From NCBI GenBank assembly GCA_964016885.1, contig OZ024759.1:28272001-28336000 (forward strand): DNA of 64,000 nt, in the 5' to 3' direction. The notes under the pieces were generated by a model, which was not told the DNA's origin, searched no databases, and was given only the letters and a program-made list of their open reading frames with translations. The position numbers and the translations under genes are program-made. The stretch is from Eledone cirrhosa (Eukaryota). Positions 26,921 through 40,797 of the stretch are shown here, piece after piece (position 1 is the stretch's first letter; each line of letters begins with the position of its first letter).

Positions 26921-28034
26921 TGGATGGTGTGGGTAGTGGTGGTGTTGGGTGGAGGTTGTGATGTACTCCAACAGATGGTTATTTCACCTTGTTTAAACCG
27001 ATACACGGCAATATCTTTCTCGCTGTAAACTCCCCTTACTAAACTTACATCTCACGTAAAGAAACACTTCATTTCTCAGAACTAAAATATCTTTTTGTGT
27101 CGACACCAAATGAAAAATATTCATATACAGAATGTTTTATTTATAATGGCGAATCGATTTTTCAATCTCTTCTTCTTCTGGTTCTTCTTCTGTCTTCTTC
27201 TTCTTCTTCTTGTGGTTGTTATTGTTGTTGTTGTTTGAAGTTGTTGCTTTTATCGTTGTTGTTCATGTTTTCATGTTGTACTTGTCTTTAAAGTTGTTGT
27301 AGTTGTTGTTTGTTATTGTTGATATTGTTGAGTTTGTTTTGGGTTTTTGTGCTTTTTGTGGTTGTTGTTGTGTGTGTTAGTCTCTTTCATGAAATTAAAT
27401 TCATAACATGCTGGATAATTTCTTCTTCTTCTTCTTCTTCTTCTTCTTCTTCTTCTTCTTCTTCTTCTTCTTCTTCCTGCAGTAGAAGTAATAATTGTAG
27501 TAGAAGTAATAGTAGTAATAGTAGAAATGGCGGAGACTGTGGCAGCTGTTGTTAGCGCTGTTAGTCTTGTTGTTGTTATTGTTGCTGTTGCTCCTTCAAA
27601 CTCATAACTTGTTGGATTATCTCCCTTGAGTCTTCATCGTAACTAACATATATCATTTCATAAAATGTTTATTTAATTATTTTTTTTTCTTTTACTGAAA
27701 AATTTGAATCAAAGAAATGTTTCTGTTGCGATTCGTTTTTTTTAAATTCTGTCAACAAAATTTTAAATTCTTCAGAAGATAAATTTTCAGTTTTCGACGC
27801 ATTCTGGTGGGGAATGTAAAACCTAGGAATTTGAAAGAAATGGTACACTTAGGACTAAAATTGTAAGGATGTGCTAAGCAGAGGGTATGGTGATTGAATA
27901 ACGTAGTATGTAATAAAATTGTTATTCAAGAAATCGATGGCCGATCGATTAAAGAGAAGCGACACAGATTGTGAAATGTGGTGGTGGTGGTGGTGGTGGT
28001 GGTGGGTTTAAAGGTTATATAATCTATAATGTTG

Positions 28035-28380
28035 TTGGAGATACTATAGACATGTGGTTAGAATGTCTCGGGAAAGAATCGCTGGGAGTTGCTCCATGTA
28101 GAGACGCTACTTCTCCGAATTGAGAGATCACAGCTCCGATATTATGGGCATGTGGTAAGAATGTCTCAGGAAAGAATCGCTGGACAGATTTTACGGCCAA
28201 AACCAACTGGCAGGAGACTCAGTGGTAGACCCCGAGCAAGATGGTTGGATAACATCCATTACCATTACCATAGCTGGTCTCACTTGAGGGTCCAGCCGGA
28301 TCAGTTGGAGAGGTTGCTTCTGAGTATTTGATGACTCTACCCCCACGACCCTCTCACGAATATGTGGTTGAAGAAGAAGT
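28035..28380 (+). mobile_element. Same RTE-like 3'-end family with a partial 5' duplication
   Basis: ORF LLLRIERSQLRYYGHVVRMSQERIAGQILRPKPTGRRLSGRPRARWLDNI, ending in GAAGAAGAAG. Confidence 0.75.
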
Positions 28381-28557
28381 AGGTTATCGGAGTGTTTTAA
28401 GTTCAAACTAGTCCTGAAAAAGTCCTACGATTGAATAGGTTCCAAATTTAACCATTCCAGGGTTTCCCTGAACTGCTCCCTGCTTGGCTTGGCTATGTAG
28501 AGACAGATTTACTTGTCTCAGATACAGAGTGATATTATCTATCTATCTCTCTTTCTT

Positions 28558-28634
<77 letters not shown>

Positions 28635-28895
28635 CCCCTCTCTCTCCTCACACACATGTATATATATATGTGTGTGTGTATTTATAAATGTAGATTGATA
28701 AACAGATATATATATACATATATACATATGTAGCTTAAAAATGACGGGCAAGTCATTAGATGTTACATTAGCTGAGTGATCTTTCCAGTACTGACAGTGA
28801 GTTTTTATACAATATCCACAGAGCGCCATCTTGTAAACTTCTATTTGGTCTTTGACCTCCTTCGGCGCATAGTATTGTTTACATCGCATAGAGAA

Positions 28896-28944
<49 letters not shown>

Positions 28945-28968
28945 TATATACTTATATATATGTATATG

Positions 28969-29012
<44 letters not shown>

Positions 29013-29018
<6 letters not shown>

Positions 29019-29114
29019 TGTCCCCAAGAAATGTATACACTCAGAAACAGCATTCTAATAAATATTGCCCGTACAGGTAATCAAAGTGTGTATACATTTT
29101 TGAGATACCCTGTG
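29013..29114. mobile_element. Probable Tc1/mariner MITE
   Basis: Imperfect TIRs AGGTGTCCCCAAGAAATGTATACAC / GTGTATACATTTTTGAGATACCCTG, in TA context. Confidence 0.6.
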
Positions 29115-29231
<117 letters not shown>

Positions 29232-29876
29232 GAGAGAGCTGGTGAGAGAGTGTGGAAGATAGAGATAGAGAGGAAGAGAAAGAGAGACAGAGAACAATTT
29301 GATCATTTGTTTACCGAAACGATGGTGAAGTGTAATGGCGAATTAACAAAGTTTAAACAGAATATAAAGTTTTTATGAAGATATAGTGAAAATAAGAAGA
29401 ATGTCTTATGGAAGCATTTTTCTCTCCCTATATAATGAATAAAAATTAGTTTGTTATCAGACCGAAACAAGCCAGACTCCCCCACCCCCCTCTATGCCCC
29501 ACGCCACCCACCGAAAGGAACAATAAACAATAAGAAAGAAATATTATTAAAGATGAAATATTAACTGTTGAAACAAAAATTAACTTTCAAAAAATTTTCA
29601 AAAGATGGCGGAATGATAGAGGAATTGGTGTGGAACTGATGGAAACTTATTGAGCTTGCTTTGTAATGTGTATCAGTAAATGTGTGATGGCCCACACCTA
29701 TGTATATATATATATATGTGTGTGTGTATGAATGTATACGTAGGTATGTATATGTGCATATATGCATATATATATATATCTGTATATATATATAAGTATG
29801 TATGTATATATATATTTATACATATACATATATACATATATCAGATCAGATCAGAATGGAGGTGGTAAAAACCAGT

Positions 29877-29907
<31 letters not shown>

Positions 29908-29923
29908 CCTACTATATATAATG

Positions 29924-29957
<34 letters not shown>

Positions 29958-30669
29958 AATGTGTGTGTGTAGAAGCAGTAATAATATCGATTATGTTATT
30001 TTCAAGAATGTTGCCAAGACAGAACAAAACGCTGACGTCACACACCCAATAGACTTTAAAATATTTTGGTGAATCTTTCCCAGTTGTAATTACTGGTACC
30101 ACGCAAACACTGTTTCCTCTTTTGTTAATGGTCTAATGTAAGCTTAATAACTTGTGGAAACTAATGACATTCCATTACTGTTGTGTGTGAAGATATATAG
30201 ACACATAGACACATATATACACATACACACATAGACACATATATATATATACAGACACACAAACATATATATACACAGACACACAAACATATATACACAC
30301 AGACACACAAATATATATATATATATATATATACACAGTAAGACAAACATATATATATATATATACACAGACACACAAACATATGTATATATACACAGAC
30401 ACACAGACATATATATATACACAGACACACAAACATATATATATATATATACACAGTAACACAAACATATATACACACAGTAACACAAACATATAGGCAC
30501 ATATATACACAGATACAACCAAACATACACACATATATATATATACACCCCTCGTATATAAATAAACCTGTTAGTTGAGATGTTAATATTCAGAATATCA
30601 ATTATATTCTTGAGACGTTCATGATTACATTCCATATATATATATATGTATATATATATATGCATGTAT

Positions 30670-30723
<54 letters not shown>

Positions 30724-30768
30724 GCATCTATATATATATGTATGTATGTATATATATATATATACATA

Positions 30769-30802
<34 letters not shown>

Positions 30803-30999
30803 TACATGTATATGTACATACATATATATATATACATACATATATATATACATACATATATATATATTGTATAAACGAAACTTCCTCGTTTTATCTATTG
30901 TGTCTGGGTGTGTGTGACTGTGTGTGCGTGTGTGTGTGTCTGTCTGTGTGTGTGTGAGTTTGTGTGTGTGTGTGTGTGTACACTGTGAATAGTTAGGTG

Positions 31000-31385
31000 G
31001 TGTGGTATCAGTTTATATAATGGTGTCATATATTTAGATAACTATGTTTGATATTAATGGAAGCCATGGTATCATATAGTTAGATAATTATATTTGAAAG
31101 TAGTTCATATCCTGGTGTTTCATTTAGATAACTACATTTGATATTAATTTATACTATGATATCATATATATATAGAGAGAGAACTATTTTTGATATTAAT
31201 AGGTGCCATGGTGTCAGATATTTAGATAACTATAATTGGTAATAGTTTATGCCATGGTGTCATGTACATAGAGAAGTATATTTGATATTAATAGAGGTCA
31301 TAGTATCATATAGAGAGAACTATATTTAATATTAATAGATGCTATGGTATTAGATATAGAGAAAACTATATTTGATATATATTTA
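31000..31385. repeat. Diverged about 46-bp minisatellite
   Basis: ATGGTGTCATATATTTAGATAACTATGTTTGATATTAAT.. occurs about 8 times. Confidence 0.7.
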
Positions 31386-32304
31386 TACAATGTAGTTGGA
31401 AATAAGTGAGAACGCATGAGAGGCCTGAGTTCGTCTCTCGCCAGTGACAATATCTATTTTATATAACTTAGTAATAAGAAGGGTGGTGGCCTTGACCTTT
31501 GGTGGGAGGAAGGTTAGGAAGAAACCATGGCTTCTGAAAAATATATCCGAAATATTAATAAGTTTCAGGTATGTTTCTATCTTATTCTGACCTCCACAGA
31601 ATAGTATGACCTTCACTGTACTTTACCGTAATGTGAAAGAATGAATTACTAAATAGATATACAAGATTGTAGATTTGTTGTGTTGATGTAAGGAAATAGA
31701 ATTATTTAAATAATATATTTATCACAAATATGTCTCATCTTCAAAATCTTACCTGTTCTCGCCTCTAAAGAAAATAACGAGAGAAAAAATATCGATAATT
31801 AATGAAGATATATTATATTGTCTTCGCTCTATTTCATTTATCAGATAAAGCTGACATTTATGACCAGTTTCAATTTATTTACAATTAAAAAGAGAGTTTT
31901 AAAACTATGTGGGCTATGTCCCCTTCCTCTCTGAGACAAGGAAATATAGTATGGGAATCTTGTCCACCTCTTGAGACAGTCTAAAGTACTATGTGTGTCA
32001 TGCCCACCAACTGCGAAAGACTAATACAGTATAGTATTTTAAGTTTAGCCGAACCCTGAGGGAGAAAATTATATAGTTTTTTAAACGACACCCATTTAGT
32101 CACAAAAAACCCCCCAACAAACGGTAAATACTAAAGTGTAACCTATTTTTTAGAGTATCACGTTAAGAAAATCAAACTATATTAATGTTAGAAACACCAT
32201 GTTATAAAAATATAAACTGATGGGTGCAGTAGGCAAAGTTATCACGAAGCACGTGTTACAAGTAGATACGAATAGAATATTTCGACTTGAATTCTCGATA
32301 TCAC

Positions 32305-32389
<85 letters not shown>

Positions 32390-32515
32390 CTGTATATGTA
32401 TATATATATATATATATATATGAAAAGTGTAATTTTCTACACAAAACGAAGGTTATAGAGAAAATTGAGGTCTCTTATATATTCCATGTGCCATTACCAA
32501 CCTCAATTTTCTCTC

Positions 32516-32565
<50 letters not shown>

Positions 32566-32581
32566 CATATATATATGTTCC

Positions 32582-32637
<56 letters not shown>

Positions 32638-32676
32638 CATACATATATATGTATATATATATATATATATATATAC

Positions 32677-32721
<45 letters not shown>

Positions 32722-32770
32722 AATATATATATATATACATACATATATATGTATATATATATATACATAA

Positions 32771-32813
<43 letters not shown>

Positions 32814-32834
32814 AATATATATATATATATATAT

Positions 32835-32879
<45 letters not shown>

Positions 32880-32906
32880 TATATATATATAGAGAGAGAG
32901 AGAGTG

Positions 32907-32955
<49 letters not shown>

Positions 32956-32974
32956 AATATATATATATATATAT

Positions 32975-33021
<47 letters not shown>

Positions 33022-33048
33022 TATATATATATATAGAGAGAGAGAGTG

Positions 33049-33086
<38 letters not shown>

Positions 33087-33275
33087 TTAGGAAAATTAAC
33101 AAAGAGAAGACAAGACAACGAACGAAAACAATATATATATACATATATATATATACATATATATATATATACATATATATATATGTACATATATATATAT
33201 ATACATATATATATACATATATATGTATACATATATATACATATAAATGTATGTATATATACATATGTATGTATG

Positions 33276-33320
<45 letters not shown>

Positions 33321-34009
33321 ATATACATATATACATACATATATATCTATATACATATATATATATGTGTGTGTGTAAAGCTGTTTTTGACACATAATAA
33401 ATTATAACTGATCTATAAGTAAATCAACATCATCGACATCACTATTACCATCAAGAACAAACAACAACAACAACTACAACAACAACACCAGAGTGAACCA
33501 TAAGAATAATGAGTCAGATGCTGTGTTTAGATATGATATTTTGAAGAACCGGATTTAACCAACCATTATTTATGTGTTTATACCATCATGAAATATAACT
33601 AGCTGGAATTGTCTTCATTTCCTAACAACGACACACTAGCAACATATCTCCTTTGATAAATTCCTTACTAATATCACTGGATAGTTTCTTGTCATTTTAG
33701 GCTTCCATAATAAATGGCAAACACAGCCTCTTCATGTCAGCATATTCTAACTACAAACTACAAAAGGAAATGTAAAGAAGCAACATGTTTATTTGTTGTG
33801 TTGTTGGAAATCTTAAAAGGACTGTCTTGAATATGGTAGAAGTAGAAGAAACCATAGAAGGAAAATAGATGAAGGTGGGAAAGAAGAAAGGAATGAGAAA
33901 TGAGAATAGGGGAATGAGATGTCAGAAGTGTAGAGAATATATGAGAGAAGTTCTAGGAATATTCTGACGTAGAAAGATATTGTAAGAGAAGTTGTGAGGC
34001 TGTAGTTCA

Positions 34010-34420
34010 TAGGTTTAAGTTGTGAGGTAGAGGTTCTTGGGTTTAGGTTGTGAGGCAGTGGTTCTTGGGTTTAGGTTGTGAGGCTGTGGTTCTTGTGTTT
34101 AAGTTGTGAGGTAGAGGTTCTTGGGTTTAGGTTATGAGGTAGAGCTTCTTGGATTTAGGTTGTGAGGTAGAGGTTCTTGGATTTGAGTTGTGAGGTAGAG
34201 GTTCTTGGGTTTAAGTTGTGAGGCTGTGGTTCTTGTGTTTAAGTTGTGAGGTAGAGCTTCTTGGATTTGAGTTGTGAGGTAGAGCTTCTTGGGTTTAAGT
34301 TGTGAGGTTGTAGTTCTTTGGTTTAAGCTGTGAGGTAGAGGTTCTTGAGTTAGAGTTGTGAGGCAGTAGTAGTTATTAGGTTTAAGTTGTGAGGTAGAGG
34401 TAATTGGGTTTAAGTTGTGA
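34010..34420. repeat. 28-bp minisatellite
   Basis: Unit GGGTTTAAGTTGTGAGGTAGAGGTTCTT, about 14 copies. Confidence 0.9.
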
Positions 34421-35539
34421 GACTACTTCCTGGGTTCCGGTGTTGGTGGTTATTGCTAATGTAGTGGAGTGGGTGCGTGGCGGAGAAGGTGGCACTTACG
34501 ATGGTGATGGTGGTGGTTGTTGCGATGGTAGAGTGGGTGGTTCTTACAATGGTGATGGTGATGGTTGTTGTGATGGTGGTGGAGGTGGAGTGGGTGGTTG
34601 TTGCGATGGTGAAGGGGTTGTTTGTGGCGATGGTAGTGTAGTGGTTCTGGTTGTTTCGGTAGTGGTGATGGTATTGTTGGAGTGGACAGCCAGGCATGTT
34701 AGTTTTACAATTGGCAAATCTTTCTAATTCTCAGAGGTATAACTTTCTAATAAACAGTTCCCTCCACCACCACACACGTCCATAAAAGCCATAACGAGAC
34801 CAATACATCTCGACTTCTTCGTCATTCAACTTCATCAAAGAAAATCGTTCCAAATAAAAGACCATTGAAACATTTAACTATATCTCCTCTCCTTATTTTA
34901 ATCATTCTTTATTGGAAGGAAACTTTTACAATTATTTGGACAATAGTTTTGTAGCAGGAGATTCCAGTAAGAGATTTATTTCAGCTCACAATAGCTGCGG
35001 ACATCTTCATTTTCATCAACGTCATTATGCCAGTAGCTTTAAACAGAACATTAAATTAACGTTTGTTCAATTAGAAAATTTTAAAGTAACGCATCGTTTC
35101 TTAAATATTCTCCAATATCGGTGAAGACATGTCTGTGTGGGGTAAATAATTCGCTTGGTCAACACTGTGCTTCTGGTTCAGTCTCACGGCGTGGCACGTT
35201 TAGCTAGATACTCCTGAGTAATATTTAGACCTTAGGAGGCCTAGGGAAATGTATGTGTGTGAGGCTCGACCCAGGGCAGCTCAGGTGTGTGGGGCTCGAC
35301 CCAAGGGAGTTCAGGTTTAGGGGACGCATAGCAGTAGAGGTTTCGGGAACCCAGGAGAGTTCAGTTTTTGGGGAGCCGGGACAGTTCAGGTTTAGGTGAC
35401 CCAGAGCAGTAGAGGTTTTGGGTGCCCAGGACAGTTCAGGTTTGGGAGAGCCGAGACAATTAAGGTTTGGGACGGTCAGCTTTGGAGTGCATAAAGCTGT
35501 TCCGGAAAGTGCAAACGGGTAACAGAAAAATCTTGCTCC

Positions 35540-35790
35540 TCTAAAAACACAAACTGTCTCGTGGACGGGCTTCCACACAGCTTCCATCAACCAAGTACTA
35601 CTCATTATTTCTAAGTTTCTGTGCTATACTAGAAACACAAATTGTCTTACTGAAGGGCTTCCACACAGCTTCCGTCTACCAAGTGTTACTCAGAAGGCTT
35701 GCGTTAACTAAGTCCTCAAAAACACAAACTGTCTCAGTGACGGGCTTCTACACAGCTTCCATCTACCAAGTGTTACATGGCTTACCTTGA
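35540..35790 (-). repeat. Three diverged tandem copies (about 95 bp) of a probable SINE body segment
   Basis: AAACACAAA.TGTCT...GGGCTTC.ACACAGCTTCC.TC.ACCAAGT occurs three times. Confidence 0.6.
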
Positions 35791-36044
35791 CTCAGCCCTC
35801 AGCTGGAAGCCACTTTTTCTACGTTTCTCTGCTATATGCTCGAGCTGGTAAACGTGGTTGTGACGAGAACCTCGAATATTTCAAACACACAACAATGTCC
35901 GCTGCGACCACAGAACAAGTTTCTCAATTTCAGTTTCTACTTTATAGCTCTAAACATTCATAAATCTCTTTCTCTTCTCCCATTCATTTAATTTTACTCC
36001 TACCTTGAATTACGATGTTCAAAGCTGTCGTTAGTAGTGTAGTT

Positions 36045-36590
36045 GTTGATGGTAGTATTGGTGGTGTTGGTGGTGGTATTGGTGGTGTTGGTGGTGGTAT
36101 TGGTGGTGTTGGTGGTGGTATTGGTGGTGTTGGAGTTGATGGTGTTATTGGTAGTGTTGGGTTTGGTATTGGTGTTGTTGGCGGTGTTGGTGGTGGTCTT
36201 ATTGGTGGTGTTGTTGGTGGTCTTATTGGTGGTGCTGGCGTTGGTGGTGTTGTTGGTGTTGGTGTTATTGTGGTGTTGGTGTTGTTGGTGGTGGTATTGG
36301 TGGTGTTGGAGTTGATGGTGTTATTGGTAGTGCTGGGTTTGGTATTGGTGTTGTTGGCGGTGTTGGTGGTGGTATTGTTGGTGGTGTTGTTGGTGGTCTT
36401 ATTGGTGGTGGTGGTGTTGTTGGTGTTATTGTGGTGTTGGTGTTGGTGTTGGTATTGTTGATGGTGGTATTGGTGGTGTTGGAGTTGATGGTGTTGGTGT
36501 TATTGGTTATGTTGGGGTTGGTATTGTTGGTGGTGGTATTGGTGGTGTTGATGGTGTTGGTGTTGTTGGTGGTGTTGGTGTTAGTGGAGG
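36045..36590. repeat. (GGT/GTT)n low-complexity tract; similar at 55455-55900
   Basis: Trinucleotide G/T repeats; the Val/Gly-rich ORFs here are artefacts of the repeat. Confidence 0.9.
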
Positions 36591-37019
36591 CTGTGATGCG
36601 TCGGTGGTTTCAAGGAAGGTGGTGGTCTTAAACAGCCTAGTGTTACTATCTTCTATATGAACATCGCAAGAGATCTATTGTCCGAAATAATTGTAAAAGT
36701 TTCACCCTAATAAAGAATGATTAAAATAATGAGAAATAGTTAAACACTTTAACGATCTTTTATTTGAAACAATTTTCTTTGATGAAGTCTTGTAAAGTGA
36801 AGCTTAATGAAGAGGGGTGTAGTGTGAGGTTAGGTTGAGGGAGAATTAGAGGAGGAAGCGAGGAAGAAGACGAGGTGTATTGGTCTTTATGGCTTTATGG
36901 TAAGTTGTTTATTAGAAGGTAATACCTTTGAGAATTGGTGAGAATGTTTCAGTTTTAAGCATGGTTCAACATTGCAGCCGCACGACACCGCATCGCTAGT
37001 AAACCACAGCAATATAATA

Positions 37020-37690
37020 CCACACCACACGACGCCACGCCACGCCACGCCACGCCGCATACACACCGCACCACACCACGCCACACCACGCTACACCACA
37101 CCACGCTACACCACACCACGCTACACCACACCATACCACGCTACACCACACCACACCACACCACGCTACACCACACCACACCACACCATGCTACACCACA
37201 CCACGCTACTCCACACCACGCTACACCACACCACATTACCCCCCCCCCCCCCCCACACACACACACACAACCTATGGCCACTACACCACCCCACCCCATG
37301 ACCACTACACCACCCCACCCCATGACCACTACACGCCCCACTCTATGGCCACTACACCCCCCACCCCATTACCACTACACCACCCCATGGCCACTACACC
37401 CCCCCCCCACCTTATGGCCACTACACCACCCCACCCTATGGTCACTACACCACCCCACCCTATGGCCACCACACCACCCCACCCTATGGTCACTACACCA
37501 CCCCACCCCATGGCCACTACACCACCCCACCCTATGGTCACTACACGCCCCACTCTATGGCCACTACCCCCCCCCATGGCCACTACACCCCCACCCTATG
37601 GTCACTACACCACTCCACCCCATGGCCACTACACCGCCCCACCCTATGGTCACTACACCACCCCACCCTATGGCCACCACACCACCCCAC
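37020..37690. repeat. C/A-rich repeats: (CACCA)n-like, then a 24-bp minisatellite
   Basis: Unit CTATGG(C/T)CACTACACCACCCCACC from 37272. Confidence 0.85.
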
Positions 37691-37984
37691 GTCACAGCAC
37701 ACGATAACCATCATTTTAATTACTACTACGACATTATCAATAGAACTAAATCTATACTCCAATATAACTGTGAGAGTTTGGCCGTGGTCGATAAATACGT
37801 ATATTCCAATGGAAATGTGAAAAGTTTGGCAATGATCGATAAATACAAATTTCCTTATGTTTAACTGACTGTATCGATCAGTGAATCTCTTGGAAAACAC
37901 AGGAGACCAAACAATGACAAACAACAGAAACACCAACAGTATTACCCAGGCTATTAACACCACCAACGCCATCATCACCATCGT

Positions 37985-38543
37985 ACACACACACACGTAT
38001 ACACACACACACATATGTATACACACACACATGTATATATACACACACACACATGTATATATACACACACACACATGTATATATACACACACACACACGT
38101 ATATACACACCCATGTATACACACACACACACACACACACATGTATATATACACACACACACATGTATATATACACACACACATGTATATATACACACAC
38201 ACACATGTATATACACACCCATGTATACACACACACATGTATACACACACACACATGTATATATACACACACACACATGTATATATACACACATACACAT
38301 GTATATACACACACACATATGTATACACACACACATGTATATATACACACACACACATGTATATATACACACACACACACATGTATATATACACACACAC
38401 ACATGTATATATACACATACACACATGTATATATACACACACACACATGTATATACACACCCATGTATACACACACACATGTATACACACACACGCATGT
38501 ATATATACACACACACACATGTATATATACACACACACACATG

Positions 38544-38589
<46 letters not shown>

Positions 38590-38698
38590 TATACACACAC
38601 ACATGTATACACACACACACACATGTATATACACACACATGTATACACACACACACATGTATATACACACACACATACACACACATATATACACACAC

Positions 38699-38727
<29 letters not shown>
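37985..38727. repeat. Compound CA/TA minisatellite
   Basis: CATGTATATATACACACACACA-type units. Confidence 0.85.
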
Positions 38728-38729
<2 letters not shown>

Positions 38730-38967
38730 ACGAAGGAAATGTGGTAAGGAACCAGATGGACCATAACGCACCAAAGTACTCAATACTTAGGGTAGTAGAG
38801 TGGGTAATAGAAACGAGTAGGACCCCGACGGCTGAGCTCAAGCCGTTTCGACGGCTGAGCTCAAGCCGTTTCGACGGCTAATTCTGGACTCTAATTCTCG
38901 ACGGCTAATTCTGGTCCAGAATTAGCCGTCGAAACGGCTTGAGCTCAGCCGTCGGGGTCCTACTTGT
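38728..38967 (-). mobile_element. Family B palindrome-plus-tail element with short internal duplications
   Basis: GACGGCTGAGCTCAAGCCGTTTC occurs twice and TAATTC is reiterated at the palindrome centre. (TA)n flanks. Confidence 0.85.
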
Positions 38968-39674
38968 ATATATATATATATATATATCCAAAATTAAAAT
39001 TAAGGGTTGTCATGTCTGAGAGACATGCGCCATATCCACTATAGAATAAGCTCAAAGATTCCAATGAATAGATCCGAGCATTACATATCAACTAGAAATA
39101 GATTGACAGATATATAAAATAAACATATGAAACAATCACAGGGGGGAATAATTTGTAAAGAATGTAAGCACACCTAGCTAGGTAGGTAACTAATTAAAGT
39201 TTAACTAAAACTTCAAATATTGATACCTTTTAAAATGATTAATCTTCTTTGTATATATTTCTTTAAGTAAGAAATATATTTCACCAATTAATCCGTAAAT
39301 CACAGCAGTTAAATTCCGGATGGTCACCAAAGGAGAAGAAGATAACTATCTGCGTTTACAAACCAAATGCAAATCTGTGAATGACACGAACCACGTGTTG
39401 CATTTTTTTTAAAATACACACATTGCACAACGTCATCCCAGTGGCGTGAATAGGACCATCGACAGCCAGAAATAGCAGCCGAGTCTATTCAACTGAATTA
39501 GCTCAACAATCAAGGGACCGTATATATATATCCAAAATTAAAATTAAGGGTTGTCATGTCTGAGAGTATTTGAAGTTCTAGTTAAACTTTAATTAGTTAC
39601 CTCCCTAGCTATGTGTGCTTACATTCTTTACAAATTATTCCCTGTGATTATTTCATATGTTTATTATATATATA

Positions 39675-39960
39675 TATAATTCGTTTTTTAATTTGTTTTG
39701 CGAGATGTTTTATTTGAAAACGTGTTTTGAAACAGATATTGTTGTACTTTGGGAGGGTCATGCTGCCAATAAAAACACACGAACCTGTTGCGATTCATTT
39801 CAATTTATTATAAATTTCCGGTTGGTTGGTTGTTTCGTTCCATAACAGGAAGGTTCTTTGTATATTGTCAAAGCTCTTTCGGCACTACACATTCTGTCAC
39901 CTCCTCAGTGACTAGGTTTTAATTCTGTGTCTCTCCTTTTTTCTGTCCTGCACCATCTTG
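39675..39960 (-). mobile_element. Family C pLTR-like element with hammerhead at 39867-39912
   Basis: Minus strand GTCA-CTGAGGA-GGTGAC..GTGCC-GAAA-GAGCTT-TGAC. Homologous copy at 54666-54925 (hammerhead 54855-54897), with related tails at 1050-1106 and 24245-24422. Confidence 0.65.
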
Positions 39961-40028
39961 CTTTTGTGTGACAACACACAACACACATATATATAATTGA
40001 ATAAGGAGGCATATACTGTAAGTTTATG

Positions 40029-40060
<32 letters not shown>

Positions 40061-40287
40061 GCGAATACTTTAGGCTGTGATCATGACACTGCTATCTCAG
40101 AAACTATATAAGCATGCCTGATAGGTTTCTGGGGATTTTTATCCATCATCAGTGGCGCTTAGTCATTCGGTAGTGAGTTGAGAATAAACTAAAAGCTTAA
40201 ATGGTCTTTTGCGTATGAAACATTGCTTGTAGAAGCTCTTGGCATATGTGTACATAAAACGTATATGTCTATATATATATATACATA

Positions 40288-40330
<43 letters not shown>

Positions 40331-40408
40331 GCATACATATATATATACTTATTTGTGTATATATATATATACATATATATATACACATACACATACATAT
40401 ATATATAC

Positions 40409-40485
<77 letters not shown>

Positions 40486-40508
40486 TATACATATATATAT
40501 ACATATAA

Positions 40509-40551
<43 letters not shown>

Positions 40552-40797
40552 TATACATATATATATATATATACATATACGTATATACACATATATAAAC
40601 CTATATAAATGTATATACATATACATACATATATACATACATATATGTATATATATATATATATATATACATATATGTATATATATATATATATATACAT
40701 ATATGTATATATATATATATATATATACATATACAGTTATATATATATATATATACATATATACATACATATATAGTTTTATATATATATATATACA

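Noticed and set aside
33560-33790. Unique sequence with acceptor-like site on the minus strand; similar candidates at 1530-1625 and 31420-31550
   Set aside because: Short or interrupted frames with no homology I can recognise; a UTR or short exon cannot be excluded.
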